64,000 nt of DNA from Antechinus flavipes (GCF_016432865.1 NC_067402.1:219356001-219420000), one strand, 5' to 3'; positions 39,131 through 52,800 are shown, counted from the first letter of the stretch. Translations and numbers: made by a program. The notes: generated by a model not told the origin, from the sequence alone.

Positions 39131-40897
39131 ACTTTCGCCCTGCAGTTATTTCCCAACTACTGAAGAGAAAAGGAATCCCACGGAAATAGCAAATAATTGA
39201 GGGCTGAGAATTCGGATGCTAAGTCTTCCGAAGTTCCCTGGGTTAATGCTTTAGTCCTAATTAGGGGGCCAACAGGTTTGGGAAAATTAACAGGTCAGGT
39301 GGAAGGAGACCCATTTAGTACCAGCACCGGAGTAGGAAAAGGTAAAAGGGACCTTAAGGATATGTCGAAGATTAGGTGATTGGGGACGACGCCCACCAAT
39401 AACTCTAATCAATAGCCAACGTTCAAGAAATATTTATTAAGCATCTACTGAGTGCAAGGTATTGTGCTTGGCGCCGAGCATACAAAAAAGAAAAACAAGG
39501 TTCCTGCCTCCCAGCAGCTTACATTCTATTGGAAAGGATAGATGTGAGCTTTAAGACTAATTGGGTCTCAGAACTCATGTATGTGGATTATTTCCTCAAA
39601 CAATGCTGATAATAACCCAAACCATTGCGAGACCCCTACAAATCCGCCACTGGAGAGTCCACCAGATTAGGAGTCTTCTTGCGTTCTAGCGATATGTCTT
39701 AGGTATCAATAAAGAGTGGAGAGTGATGGAGGCAAAAGAGAGAGCCAGTATCATGAGAACAGTTACAGCTGAGGGGTCCAGGGAAGTTTAATCTGAAGCA
39801 GACGTCAGATTCTTACGAGGCGGAGGATCGAGGGATTGCATTCCGGGGAGATCCACAGAACTGGTATGTCCTGTTTGAGTGGCATCGTAAAGAGCAAAGG
39901 GGGTGGAGCGAGTAACTGAACCAAGGCTAGAAAAGGAAGCTACAGATAGATTTGAGATCACATCTATGCCTCTATATGGCTATTTTGGAAGCTATTCTTC
40001 CTCTCAATACCCCAAATCACGAACTAGCGGGAAACAAGTTGAAATACTGAAATCCATCCGGACAGCAATTCCCTACTTTCTCCTTGCATGAACCAGATAA
40101 TTAGAGTAGAATCTAAACAGGATTTCATTTTTGTTTTTAATTTCCAGCATTTAGTGCGGTGCCTTGTTCTTGGGCACACCCTCTGAGCAGGCAAATTCTC
40201 TAGCCCGCAATTTCGAAACGTCGTTTTCAAAAGTGCTATATTGGCTCCTGCTTTCGCCTTCTTACAGTTTCCTTCCGTGACAGTTTACCCCTCGAGGATA
40301 TGGAATGGAGGTCAAAATTCGATTCTCACTTCTCCAGGTCCCGGGAGAACTGAAATCAATGGGTCAACAAGCAGTTGGGGGAATCTTGTCTTACGACATT
40401 CCCACATCGCCCCCCAGTGACAGGATGATTCAACTACATGATAAGTCAGACTGCTTCAGTCATGCTCCTCTCTCAACAGAAAAATGCCGGGTTGGTGAAT
40501 AAAAGTAATAGTAATGTGAATGATGAATTAGAGGGTCCTGGAAGTACTGATTACAATATTAAAGGCCTGGGTGCACTAAACCAATTTATAAAGTATAATA
40601 AAAAGCTGATGTAGTAGCAAACTAGACTTGGGCACTAACTAGTGGTCCAAGAGGCCGAATTCCCACCTATCCTACTGGTATACATTTGAAAGCAGTGCTG
40701 TACTGAGGAATGCATAAGGAGAAAAATCTGCTCCTACTCTTCTACTTTCTATTCCTTGGACATGTGGAAATCCTGCTTTCTACTTTTGGTACAGGAAAGG
40801 GCTATTAAGAAAAGAGAATATCAAGAGACACTCACAAGTAGTCTGTGAATTTGGATGGGAAATTTTTTACCTTATTTTCACCAAATTTTAACTGAAG

Positions 40898-40903
40898 TTT
40901 ATT
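40898..40903 (-). terminator. RAB5B: Putative RAB5B polyadenylation signal
   Basis: AATAAA on the minus strand about 3 kb past the stop, after a U-rich block. Confidence 0.45.
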
Positions 40904-41384
40904 ATTTCCCTCAATTTTCAATTTAAAAAAATTATCTGACAAGGGGGCTATTGTTTTTACTATACTGCCAAAGGGACTCATGACACAAAAAAGGTTAGAA
41001 GCTTATTGGAGACCCTCCAAAGGAATTTGATAATCTAATAAGTGATCTGCTGCTTTAAAAACAGAGAAAGTCCTACCCCAAAAAACCACCACTCCAAAAT
41101 AGTAACTTTGGTCATTTTTGAAGTGTCCTTCAATGTCCTGGAGGAGATGGAAAATGGAATCAAACTAGGCATTTTGATTCAATTTCGTTGCCCCCTTCTC
41201 TTCCAACATCTAGCTTCAGCTAGAAAAATATTAGGAAAGAAATACTAATACACTCTGTTCCTCTTTTTTCCCTCTTTTCTTTTTTACTTACATTAAATAC
41301 ATTGGTAAATCAGCAGGTGCATTCTGTTACCACGATTGTTATATTTAGGGAAGGGAAAGGGAGAAAGACAAATGGTTTCTTGGA

Positions 41385-41419
<35 letters not shown>

Positions 41420-43942
41420 AAAAAACCCCATAAAAACAATTGATCAGAAAAAAAAAGCAGAAAAATTAAAAAACTCCCAAAGCCCAGTAAAGCTAGTCTC
41501 ACTGAGCCCAAAGGCAAGCAGAAAAGGTTGGATGAATGGGAAGGCAGTAGACAAGCCAAAGAAGCTAAGGCCAATCCTGTTCCTTAAGTATGTGTACAAG
41601 GATGGGGAATGAGTGATGGAGGCAGAAAAGAGAATCTTCTGGGGAAAACACTCCAATCCCAAGGCAAAAAGATACCCTCACCCCAAAGTGTAGACACACA
41701 AATATGCAGAGACCCAGAGATCCCTCCGTTCCCCAGCTTTTCTGAAGTATGCTGGCTGTTTGCATGTTTGATCAGTTGATGGCAACCTGAAAGGAAGGAA
41801 AAAGAATCTGCCAGGCCCCTGGGGATGTCACTGGGAAAAGCTCAGCTGAAGGGCCTAAGATGACTCCAACGAGGACATAGGTCTATAAATTTCATAGCTT
41901 TTTTTTCTTTTTTGGCATGTTTATGTGTTTGAGACAGATAAGGCAGTTTAAGTGTCTATGGATCAGGAAAAACAAGTGGGACTCTAAACCCTGGGACACA
42001 AAAGTGAGCCATGGTCCTATATACAGCTTTCTCCTAAATAGGACTACATTCCTAACAATGGACAAGAGGATACTTGGAGAAACAATAATCTATCTTCTCC
42101 TGACATCTGCTCCCTTGACGGCTTTCCCTAATACTCTAAGACAAGGACCTTTTCTACCCACCTTCATCTCAGAAATCTATATTCCGGATGCAGCATGTGT
42201 TAATCCTTCTTGAGAAGACTAACACTACTATGAAAAAAACTCTCAAAACCAGTTATTTCATGCCAGAAGAGCAGCTCATATGGTCTATGGGACTGCAATT
42301 AGGACTTTGTGGCTTAATGACAAAAGAGCAGGATATGGAGGCCATAGCTCCTAGGAATAAATGTAAAGGGGATTAAGATAGAAAGAATGATTTGTCATTC
42401 TCCCTCAGAAGCGAGATGTTAAAGAATAACCAAAGGAGTAGGGGTAGAAGGCAAGGGATCCCCACAGAATAGGGAGTGACTGGGGCCTGTTTGGAAGCCA
42501 AATGGCATGACAGACTATACAAAGGGGAAAGCGATCACCATACCTATTTACAGGGAAGTAGAAAAGACAACAGAGATAGGGCATCAAAATGAGAGACTCA
42601 TCTGAGGAAAAGGTAGTTGTCTTCTCCTCTTCCCTATATCCCTGCTTCTTGCTTGGGACATGCCTAATCTCTACCTTGGCCTGTGCTTCCCTGAGCACTC
42701 TTCAATCTGTCTTTCCACCAGGTCTTCAGAGTGTTCTCAAGCACAGCAAAGGAGTGGACAAGGTAGAAAGGAATCAAAGTTTGAGGGTAGGGTTAAGGAG
42801 GAGAGAGGATTTGGCTTGGGTAACTGCCATTGCCCTTTCTCATCCACCCCACAGACCTCATATACACCTCACTTTCCATGTAGTTATAAAAAAGGAAGGT
42901 GTGTGCATTAAAAACAACATAAAATAAGCATTCCAAATAAACCAACCATCAACTAAAGTGCAAACCGCAATGATACACAGGCCATGCCCAGGGTTGGAAG
43001 GGGATAGGTGATGGGGCTGTGGCCAATGAGGAAAACAATTCTATATGTATTATCAATCAGAGGATGGGTATCAGAGACTGGTCCCTCCTCCAACTAGACC
43101 ACAGCAGAGCCAGGAAAAAGGCACCCAATAACAGTTCTTTGGAAGACCCTGGGGCTGAATCACCATGGGGGAAATGCTCCCAAAAGCCAAGGGAAAATAA
43201 AGGCAGAGAAAGTACTACAGAGCTCACAAGGAACCCTAAAAGCTTCTTCCTCTGGCCAGGTTAACTAACTCAGCATGACCCTGCATACTTTTCTCCCTAA
43301 TTCTCATCTTTACCCAGAAGTTTCCCATCATCCACCTAGGGGTAGAAGAAAAGGATCAAGGACATTGCAGCTTTCTTCAAATGTGGGAAATACCCATTAT
43401 ATAATGACAAAAAAAGGAGCTGTTTTCCTTCCAGACCCTTATTCCCCTCTCCTCCCCAGGTTACCAATGTGGATGTGCTGTTAACATCAAGTTCACCTCT
43501 CCAATCCTGGGGAGAGGGGAACATCAAGGTGGGGAAAAGGACCAAAACCAGTTATTGATGGAAAGCAGAAGGAGCAAGTGACAAAAATGTTATCCTTAGA
43601 CATGGGGACGAAGGATGGAAAGAGAAAGATAGATAAGTAGGTTATTGTCTTGCACCTATAATACAAAGTGAAGAAAGTTTGTTTTGGAAGATAAGTTCCA
43701 GGGGGAACTAACCACCCCCTTAAGCCCCAGGGCAGAGGGTGGGAGGCCAGTGGCAACAGCTGCCTGTTGTTGTTGGTTGCTGAAGCATTAACAAGTGCCA
43801 TGACGGAGCTGTTGGGAGGTGGCCTTTGGGAGCCAGGGCTCAGTGTGCTGTTACCGAAGGGGCTGTGTGCTGAGGGGTGGGGACTGAAGTTATGTCTTAG
43901 CTCTCGTGCTTGCTCCACACTCATTTGGTGCCAGCCACCCCA

Positions 43943-44058
43943 TCAGTTGCTACAACACTGGCTCTTGTTCTGCTGCGACTGCTCATGGAGATCCACACCT
44001 CGGCTTCGGCCTGCTGTACCCCCCATGTTTTGAGGTTCACTCTTGGGCAATTTCTTAG
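43943..44058 (-). CDS. RAB5B: RAB5B last coding exon
   Basis: cag|CT AAG AAA ... TGT TGT AGC AAC TGA. Confidence 0.96.
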
Positions 44059-47000
44059 CTGAAGACAAGAGACAAGAAAGACAGAAAAATAGATGGTTTT
44101 ACTTCAAAAAGAGAACCTTGCAGGGAAGGGGATACCAGTGAAATGTTCTAAGGACAGAGGGTAAAGGCTAAAAGGGGCTGATACTACAATTAAAAAAGGA
44201 AAGACCAGATAACACCAAGGACTCTCCATCTGTAAGTTTCTATTAAAAACATGCTAAGGACTTTCTTTACTGTACATCTTACAAATAAGAGACACAACAT
44301 ATCCATATATAGAGATTATTTTTGTAGTTTACCTTGGGGCCAATTGATCATGGAACTAAGGAACACTCAAACAGGATATTGGATTATTCTGCCCTTACCT
44401 ATAGCCAAGAAGAGGTCATTCACATTCATGGCTGTCTTGGCCGATGTCTCCATAAACAATAAACTGTTATCATCTGCATATGCCTGGGCCTCCTGCAAAG
44501 GATCAGGGTAAGACATCTGGATGTTCAAAAGATAGATCTGCATTTCTAGATCTGCATTAGGGTTAGGCCACCCTTTGGTTCCTTCCCTTTTAATTAGTTC
44601 CCACCAATTGTACTGTCCCACTCCAGTTTGCCAGACCATTTTGTTGTTTATTTCAGCAGGGAACTATGTCATCTATAGAATTCAAAATTCATGTTCTTGG
44701 ACAGAGAGCTGTTTATGAGAATAAGGTAGTAAGGGATGGGATGAGATGTCCTTGAGACTTTGGGAACCTCATATATTCAATTACCTGCCTTCCTTCTTCT
44801 CTTCATATTGATACTCCTTTCCCTTTAAACCTCTGTTCTGACATTTCCCAACAATTCACAAAGCCACCAATTCTTATATGTTAGAAGGAAGAGATAAGAA
44901 CAAATTGTTGGGAAAAAGTGAGGCTCTTGGGGAGAACTCTGGGCCCCCTTACTTCATATTCCACCATGCGCTTGTTGGCCAAGTCAGCCTTGTTTCCTGC
45001 CAGGGCAATGACAATGCTGGGACTGGCCTGTCGCTGTAGTTCTTTCACCCATGTCTTTGCTCGAGCAAAGGTTTCCTGAGGAAACAGAGGAAGTGTGCAA
45101 GGGGGGGTGCATTCTGAACTCCACCAATTCTTGCTCATCTTCTAAATCCCCCTCCTATACCAAGATTTTCTTCCCTGAAATCATGTTAGTGATCATTTCT
45201 CATACACGTGTATATTTATATATATTTTTGCCCGGGGATTTCAATTGTCCAGGATAGGCTACTTCAAATGTGTGTATCTCATTTTCCCAACTAAACTCAA
45301 AAATATAGTGGAAAGAGCAATACACGTAAAGAATTCTGGCTCTGATACTTGCTGGCTACATAACTAGGCAAATCACTTACCCTTCCGAGTTGTAGTTTCC
45401 TAGTATATAAAATGGAGATAACACTGTAGCATTTGCTTCACACACTTTATTGTGTGAAGAGTATTTTGTATATACATAAATGGAAGCTATTATTATTCTT
45501 TTATATTCTCCTATGGTATCTTTTCTTAGGTTTTGCCTATATAGATTAGATTCAAAACTATGATTATCTTTTCTCAGAATTCCAAAATCAAAGAACAATA
45601 TCTTCACATCACTTACCTGGTTAGTGATATCATAGACCACAATAGCAGCCTGGGCACCCCGGTAGTACATAGGTGCCAAGCTGTGGTATCGTTCTTGTCC
45701 TGCTGTGTCCCAGATTTCAAACTTGACTGTTGTGTCATCCAGACAGACTGACTGTGTGAGGAAGGCAGCTGTGGAGAAAAAATTTGTTGGGGAGGAAGGG
45801 AGGGAGGGCCCAAGGGAGAAGAGAAATAGAAAAAGCAGTGAATGAGGAGGTGACAGGGAAATGGTCTCTTTCTCTCTAATCTCCCTTCCCCTCCCCCTAT
45901 CATTTATACTTAGCACTTCTATGGGTAGGTATTATTCAAATTCAAGAATTTGGGATTCTTTCTTCCACAGTTTCCATAATGATTCATAGATTGGAGAGAC
46001 AACCCCCAAAGTGTGAGATTAAAGTTCTTTCTTAGCAGTTTTAACAAATGGGAAATAGTAGCAATTCGTGAACTACCAGAAACTGCGGAGTGCAGAAGAG
46101 GACAAATTGAAGTAGTTGCATTTACATACATACCACTTTTCTCATAAAATTGATATTGATGGGGGTAAACCCTGAAACTGTCCAAATGATGGGGGTGAAC
46201 CCAGAAACTCTCCTCTGACAAAGACTATTCCCTTCAGGGCAGTTAAGTGGTCTCATTCAGTTGGAGATCTGGCCAGAGATGTGGTCACATCTTCTACCGA
46301 GTGAAGATTAGTCTGGGACCACTCCCAGTAACTCAAACTTCTAAGATAAATGATCTCTTTTCTATTGGAGATCTAACCCTGGGCACTGACAACATTGAAG
46401 GAATCTCATTCAATTTTGAAAGGAAACCCGAACCTCAGACTGCTAATAAAAGACAATTCTGAACTCCAAATCTTTGCAGAAGTCCGAAACAGGATTATGC
46501 TTTGCCAAGGAAACTTTCTTCTTGGCAAAGTTGCCTGCCAGGACTCTTGCCCACTGAGAAGATATTCTCCTCTCAGTGTTAACCTTTGTTATTTCCTTGA
46601 TAGGACCTTACCCACTGAGAAGTCTGTCTTCCTAGCAAAGCTGGCTTCTTAGTGCCAATAATAAATCTCTTTTACCATACAGACTTTTTGGGTTTGTGAA
46701 TTCTTTCGCATTGGACCTGCACTAACCAGAGGGGATTCCCCAACCCAATTCTTGAACCTCTTCACTACCACTAGCACTGCATCACTCTGGTTCCCTGACC
46801 AGGAATCCCTGAGAATCTGGATGAGGTAAAAGATGAGGTTCTTGTTTTCTATTCTATAGCTAGACATCCAAAAATTTCCAGGAAAGATTTGGGTCGTTGG
46901 AGGCCCAACCTTGAGCAGAATTCTCTCAGGGATGCTTGAAATGGGAATTCCTGTGGTCTAACAAAAATCCCCTTAATCAGGGAACATGTTGTCATCTCTC

Positions 47001-49749
47001 CATCTCTAAAGATGTCTAGAGAAGGACAAATTGGGGAAACTAAGGCTTGTAGCAAAATGGGACAAACCACCTCTATTTCTAAGGATCCTTCCTTAGAAAG
47101 TCTTTTAAAAAACAGAGACAAATTCAGCTTGAAAGATCTCAAGATTAAAAAGCTTAAATTAAAACAGCATTGCAGGATGTTGCTTAAGTTTGCTAGAAGG
47201 AAATCAAACTCCCTCATTCCTGATCCTCTAGGACACAGGAGCCCTCCTCTGCATCTCTATGCAGAGGCTTCTGCATATCCCTTCCAGAACGGGACTTTAT
47301 GTCCGGCAATATCTCTTTAACTCTATCTCCCTCACCTGAACCAGATCCTGAGACTCCCAGCTTTTTTTCTCCTCCTCAGGATATTGATTCTAATTTCTGC
47401 CCCCTGGGAGAAACAGCAGACTCTCAGGGAAAGACACTCAGAGCAGAGGTGCCTCTTTCAATATCAAATCTCTCCCAGACTGAAGAAAAATCTGGCCATT
47501 ATTCTGGGGACTCCACCCAGCTTTTTGAGGGATCCAAAGCCAACACCCTCCTTGATCTGTCCTGGGGAGATGTTAATGTTAAACAATTTGCCCCAGAAAT
47601 AAGGAGGAAGCTGCAGAGGTCAGATTTGGTCCCTCAAATTTCTCCCTTAGAAACAGCTGTTGGAGTCTTTAATGATAAGGATCAAACTGCAGCTGAGAGA
47701 GGCCTCAGAATTAAAACGAAATTTGGAGAAAAGTCCCTACTCTTGGCTACTGACATTGCCAGGAACCACAAAGATCCATGCTTTACGTGTCATGAAATCT
47801 GTCTGAGGACTCCCCAGTCCTTGTCCTGAGTTCAAGCAGGAGGAACACTGGAGGGGAGACTGCCTACAAGGGATGAGCTACTCCACACTCCATGCCCTGT
47901 CCTCCAGCAGGAGTTGGGGGCTTGGTCAAGTTCTCCCTCCATCCACCACAACAGCCCAGAAGGCTACTCTTTCACTCTGGCTCTGGCACTCTAGTCTCAC
48001 CTGACCCTCCCCCCATAAAGTGGGGATTGCAGGGGAATTGAAGAGCTGCCTTGAGACCTTTCCTCTGCTTCAACAGCTTGGTGACCTGTGATTTAAACGC
48101 TTGTTTCTTATTATTCCTTCCTATCCTGCTCCCTTATTGGGGAGTGATTTAATTGTGAAATTGGGGACTTGATTTTCTCTTCTCAGACCTCCAGAGAAAT
48201 CTTATGCATGAACTTTTAGTTAGAGAGTTAAGAGATTTGGAGAAGTTTAACTGCAATCTTATCTTGACCTGACCTGACCTGACAAGCAGGGCCATACTCT
48301 GGGATATCCCCAACTGGTTGTCTCTTTTCTAGCTTTCACGGGCTACAGGGTCTCCTTACCCAAAGCCCACATTGCCTGCCAGTCTGTCAAATATTTGGGC
48401 CACAATCTCATCCCTATTTCTTGAGAAAACAGACCATTTTAGGTCTTCTAGACCTTGCTCACAGAGGCAGCTCCTTTCCTAGGCATGGCTGTTTCTACAG
48501 AGTCTGGATTCCTAATTCTGGAATTATTGTCAAACCTCTCTAAGATTCTATTCAAGACCCTGATAATCTTCCTCTTGAATGGGGACCTGATCAGGCCAAG
48601 GCTTTTAAAACCCTGAAGGCCAAACTGACTCCGCTCTGACCTGGCCCTACCTAACTTAGAAAAGCCTTTCACTCTGTATGTGGATGAAAGTTGAGAACAG
48701 GCTTTGGGAGCCCTAATGGGTATTGATTACTTCTCAAATAAACTGGGAGTGGTCCCAGATTAGTCTTCAATTCAATAAAGAGGGTGACCACATCTCTGGC
48801 CAGATCTCCAATTGAATGAGACCACTTAACTGCCCTGAAGGGTGGGTCTCTGACAGAGGAGAGTTTCCGAGTTCACCCCCATCATTTGGACCTCTATTAA
48901 CATGAGTCAATAAGCAATTAGTGCCAGGGACTGTGCAAAGTGATCATGATACAAAGAAAGGCAAAAGACAAAGACAGTCCTTATCCTGAAGAAGTTCACA
49001 ATCTGATGACAGAGACATTAAACAACTATGTACAAACAAGCTGTATACAGGTTAAAGTGAAAACAATTAACAGAGAGAAGGCAGAGAAACCAAATTAAAG
49101 AGGGATTGGAAAAAGACTTTCTGTAGAATATGGGATTTTAGTCTAGTCTTGACCAGCTAGAGAAAATACTCAGACCAAAGATGGAATGTTTTATTTGTGG
49201 AATAGCAGAGGCGTAGGGGTAAGGAGGCATTAAAGACTGGTTAGGAAGGGCTCTGAACGCTAGATAATTTTGTATTTAATCATGGAGGCGGTGGGGAGTC
49301 CCTGAAGTTTATTGAGGGAGTATCTTGTGTCAAGATCCCTCTACTTCCAACCACAGGTTAAAGTTGACAGAAGAAAAAAAAATATGTAATGATAGAAAAA
49401 AAGAAACATCTATCTTCTTCAAGAAGTCTTAAACCATAAAGAATGAATATGATTTTAAAGCTGGATGGCAGGCACAGCTATCTCAGATAGTTTTTCATTA
49501 AAGCACTAATGCTTTTACACACATTCATTCAGCCCTTGGAGGGCTGAAATGTGGAGCCTAGTCTGTAGGATTCATGTAACACTTACCTCCAATGGTGCTC
49601 TCCTGGTATTCGTGGAATTGCCCCTTGACGAATCTCAGCACTAAACTAGACTTGCCTACTGCAGACTCTCCCAGCAGGACGAGTTTGAATTGGCAGATTT
49701 TGCTGGCCTGAGGCTGGCCGTTGGGCCGAGCTGTGCCTCTGCTTGTCAT
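43943..49749 (-). CDS. RAB5B: Ras-related protein Rab-5B, 215 aa: join(49587..49749,45617..45768,44953..45075,44399..44492,43943..44058)
   Basis: 163+152+123+94+116=648 nt. [32 protein letters not shown] motifs; C-terminal CCSN prenylation motif; [21 protein letters not shown]-terminus identifies the B paralogue. Confidence 0.97.
44399..44492 (-). CDS. RAB5B: RAB5B coding exon 4
   Basis: cag|GAG GCC CAG ... ATA G|gtaagg, 94 nt. Confidence 0.96.
44953..45075 (-). CDS. RAB5B: RAB5B coding exon 3
   Basis: cag|GAA ACC ... TAT GAA|gtaagg, 123 nt. Confidence 0.96.
45617..45768 (-). CDS. RAB5B: RAB5B coding exon 2
   Basis: cag|CT GCC TTC ... AAC CAG|gtaagt, 152 nt. Confidence 0.96.
46151..48741 (+). 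mobile_element. Truncated, internally deleted class I (gamma-like) ERV: 5'LTR (about 46151-46784), PBS-Glu, gag and pol remnants
   Basis: LTR with AATAAA near 46660, ending CATCA; PBS TGGTTCCCTGACCAGGAA at 46788-46805; gag MGQTTS at 47057; decayed knuckle [14 protein letters not shown] at 47822-47863; [22 protein letters not shown] at 48341; FLGMA..RVWIPN; [16 protein letters not shown] at 48641. Confidence 0.88.
48742..48891 (-). mobile_element. Inverted LTR U3 fragment of the same family
   Basis: Reverse complement of 46180-46329, roughly 85% identical by eye. Confidence 0.88.
49587..49749 (-). CDS. RAB5B: RAB5B first coding exon; exon extends 5' to 49828
   Basis: ATG ACA AGC AGA GGC ... 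GGA G|gtaagt; acceptor ttttgcag| at 49829. Confidence 0.96.
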
Positions 49750-50738
49750 GATCAAATATTAGGGTAGGGTGGGGTGGGGATGGGGAAGGGGGGGGAGGGG
49801 AACGGGGCTTCCCAGCTTCTCAGCAGTCCTGCAAAATAAATTAGGTAGTTACAATGCAGACATATTCCAATCACTCTAAGAAAGGGTTGGAAACTCTTAT
49901 CTACCTTCAAAATTATAAAGGGAACTGCTTAAATTTATGGAATATTTATTATGACTGCAAAGCAGTTCCTTCACAATTGTCCTATGAAGTCAATGGTAAA
50001 AGTATTTCCATTTATAGATGAGAAAATCAAGGCACATAGATTAAGTTACTTGTCAACAGTCTTAAAGCTGGTTAAATGGAGTATTATAGATTAGAGCTCA
50101 GATTTTGTAGGACTAGAACTCAGATTTTCTGATTGTAAATCCAATGATCTTTCCACCAAAGCACATTCCTCTGGGAGTACCTGGAATGTGACATCCTATA
50201 ATAAATGGAAATGTTACAAGAAATACATATATATGTGTGTATTTGTATATATGTATAAAATAAAACTCAACTAATATCATTCCTCAAAGCCCCCCAAAAT
50301 AGACCCCACCTAACCCTTGACCTGATTTCTACTAACAAGAAAGTTGACATGAAATTTGAGATGGAAAGTCATAGATGAGAGAAAAGACCTATCCCTTATT
50401 CATTCTTCCCGGGATTTTATAACCTCCAAGAACTTTCTTTGAAACTACACAAATCATTTTAGGTCCCAGTAAAATCAAACCTTAATCAGTCTAAAGAAAA
50501 CTTAATTCTACCTTTTAACTATTATGGTACATCCCCAGGAACTTCTTTGATACCTTTGTGCAGGTTTCCAAACTGCCCTCCAGGGATTTGGGGCAGGAGT
50601 CCTCTCTGAAGAGTAATTAGGACTCCATGCAGTTTTTAGTCGTCTACCCTTCATACCGATCTAGATTTTTCCTTTTTTTTTTTTTTTTTTAAATAAAAGG
50701 TTATTTCTAAACATTCCAACCAAACCACTCTTCAATTT

Positions 50739-50866
50739 CCAGCCTACTACTACTATCTTTTCCAGTTGTAGTTCAACTCTTTCAAATACAAGTTTAAAAA
50801 AAGCCATTAATTCCCAGACTACTATTATCTTTTCCAGTTGTAGTTCAAACTCTTCAAACACAAGTT
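50739..50866 (+). repeat. Diverged direct duplication of about 55 bp
   Basis: tactactatcttttccagttgtagttcaactctttcaaatacaagtt versus tactattatcttttccagttgtagttcaaactcttcaaacacaagtt. Confidence 0.8.
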
Positions 50867-51319
50867 GGAGAAAGTGCCATCAAACTGCTCAGTAGACTAT
50901 AACTGCTTTTGATGAAGTGGAAGAAGAAATGTAAAAACAACTCCACAGCTAGGTTTTATCACATATGAGTCAGCAAATCTTTCCTACTGTCTCACAGCTG
51001 TTCTCCTGGTGCCTGAAGAATGGATTGCGCTCTCCATTCCTTGTGGGCTGGGCAACCACAATACCAGGTTGAGAGTAGGGGGAAAAATATATCAAGTTTA
51101 CTTGTATATTAAGGGATCACTTGGAAGATAGTACATTCCTTTCATTTACTTTCCAATAAAATCAGACTATGTTCCATTACCCAAATATAGCTAATCTTGT
51201 GTTCTAATTCTGAGATTCCAGTCACATTCTTTTTTTTTTCTTTATGAAATGTATTCCCTCTCTCATCTCCACTTGTCAAAATCCTTCACATTTTCTAAGG
51301 CCCATCACAAGATCAATCA

Positions 51320-52800
51320 ACTAGTATTTGTTAGAGTGACTACTGTGTACCAGTTATTGTGCTAGTTATTCATGATGATAAAGACAAAAATGAAATAGTC
51401 CTGGCCTTCAAGGAACTGACAGTGACCAGAAGAAATAACATCTAAATATAATCAACAAGTCTCCATTAAGCATCTATGTACTAAGCATTGTGTTAGCCCT
51501 GTGATTACAAAGTCAGAAGTACAAAAGTCCCTGATCCCAAGAAGCTTACTCTCCACAAAGGAGACAACCTGTATATATGCATATATATGCACCTGTCTAC
51601 AGAATACATACAAGATGAATACAAATAAGTTCTCAGATGGAGAACGGGAGGAAGGGAGGGCTCTAGCAATTGGGAATCAGGATAAGCTTCATGGAGAAAA
51701 GCCTTAAAGGAAACTGGGACGACTTCTATGAGGCAAAAGTGAGGGGAAAGCCCATGCCAGTCAGCAAGTGTGAAAGTGGGGAGATAAGGGTGAGGAATAC
51801 CCAAGCAAGCCAGTATGGCTCCACTATAAGCTGCTCAAAGGAAAGTAAGGGGCAAGAGCAGAAAGGGAGGATGGCACTGGGGTTTGAGGAGCTTTAAAAT
51901 CTAAACATAAGAATTTATAGAGGTATAACAACTGAATTTTACTGGAATTTACATTACTGCCTACGTAGGTGATGGACTGGAAAAGAGGCAGGGAGAGAAT
52001 AGAGGAAGGGAGACCAATTAAAAGGTTATTGCAGTAATAATCCTGGTGAAAAGTGAAGAGGGCTTCCGCTAGGACAGTGGCTTTGTGAATAGATAGAAGA
52101 GAATGTATGCAAGAAATTTTATGGAGACAGAAATGACAAGATTTAGCAACTGACTGGATAGCTAATGTAAAAGGAATATCAAGGGTATGAACTCAATGAT
52201 TGCCGTTATGAATCTGGGATACTGGAACAGTAGTATCCTTGACAGTAACAGGACACTTTGGAAGAAAAGTGGGTTTGAGGGGGAAAAATTCAAGAGAAAT
52301 CTCTCTAAGAGTGCTCAACAGTGTTAAAGACTGAAGAGAGGTTGGGAAGGGTGAAGACTGAGAAGTGCCATTAGACTGGACAATTAACAGATCTGTAGTA
52401 ATATTGGAGGGAACAATTCAATTGAATAATGAGACTGGAAATTCAAATGTAAAAAATTTAGATGAAAATGAGAGAAGAATAAGCAGAGGCACTAAGTATG
52501 AATGGCTTTTTCAAGGAATTTGGCTAAGAAAGGAATGAGAGAAATGGGATGGATGATAAGAATTTTTCAAGGATATCAGAAACCTAAATGAATTTTTAAG
52601 TTTCTGAGAAGCAAATAGTAGATTGGGAAAGACTGGGGATGAGATAATAGGGGCAGCTTTATAAAGAAGACAGGAAAGAATGATGGAATTAAAGGTATAC
52701 ATAAAGGGAGATTTGCACCAGAGAATGGAGTAAAGGAGAAAATAATGGAAATGAAGTCAAAGGATTGAGAGAAAGAATAGATACAAGTAGATACAAAAGA
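51320..52800 (-). mobile_element. Degraded L2 elements
   Basis: L2 3' ends at about 51320 and 51455 (attaagcatctatgtactaagcattgtgttag) followed by purine-rich L2 interior; right boundary approximate. Confidence 0.55.

Noticed and set aside
45377-45916. 179-aa ORF containing a Rab segment as a separate gene
   Set aside because: It is RAB5B coding exon 2 read through flanking intron.
47012-47829. gag-like ORFs as a domesticated or co-opted gene
   Set aside because: Frameshifted, most of capsid is deleted, the zinc knuckle has lost a Cys, and pol is broken; consistent with neutral decay.
46151-48902. ERV plus inverted arm as a TIR DNA transposon
   Set aside because: The arms are LTR U3 sequence, the interior is retroviral, and I could not find a matching TSD at the outer ends.
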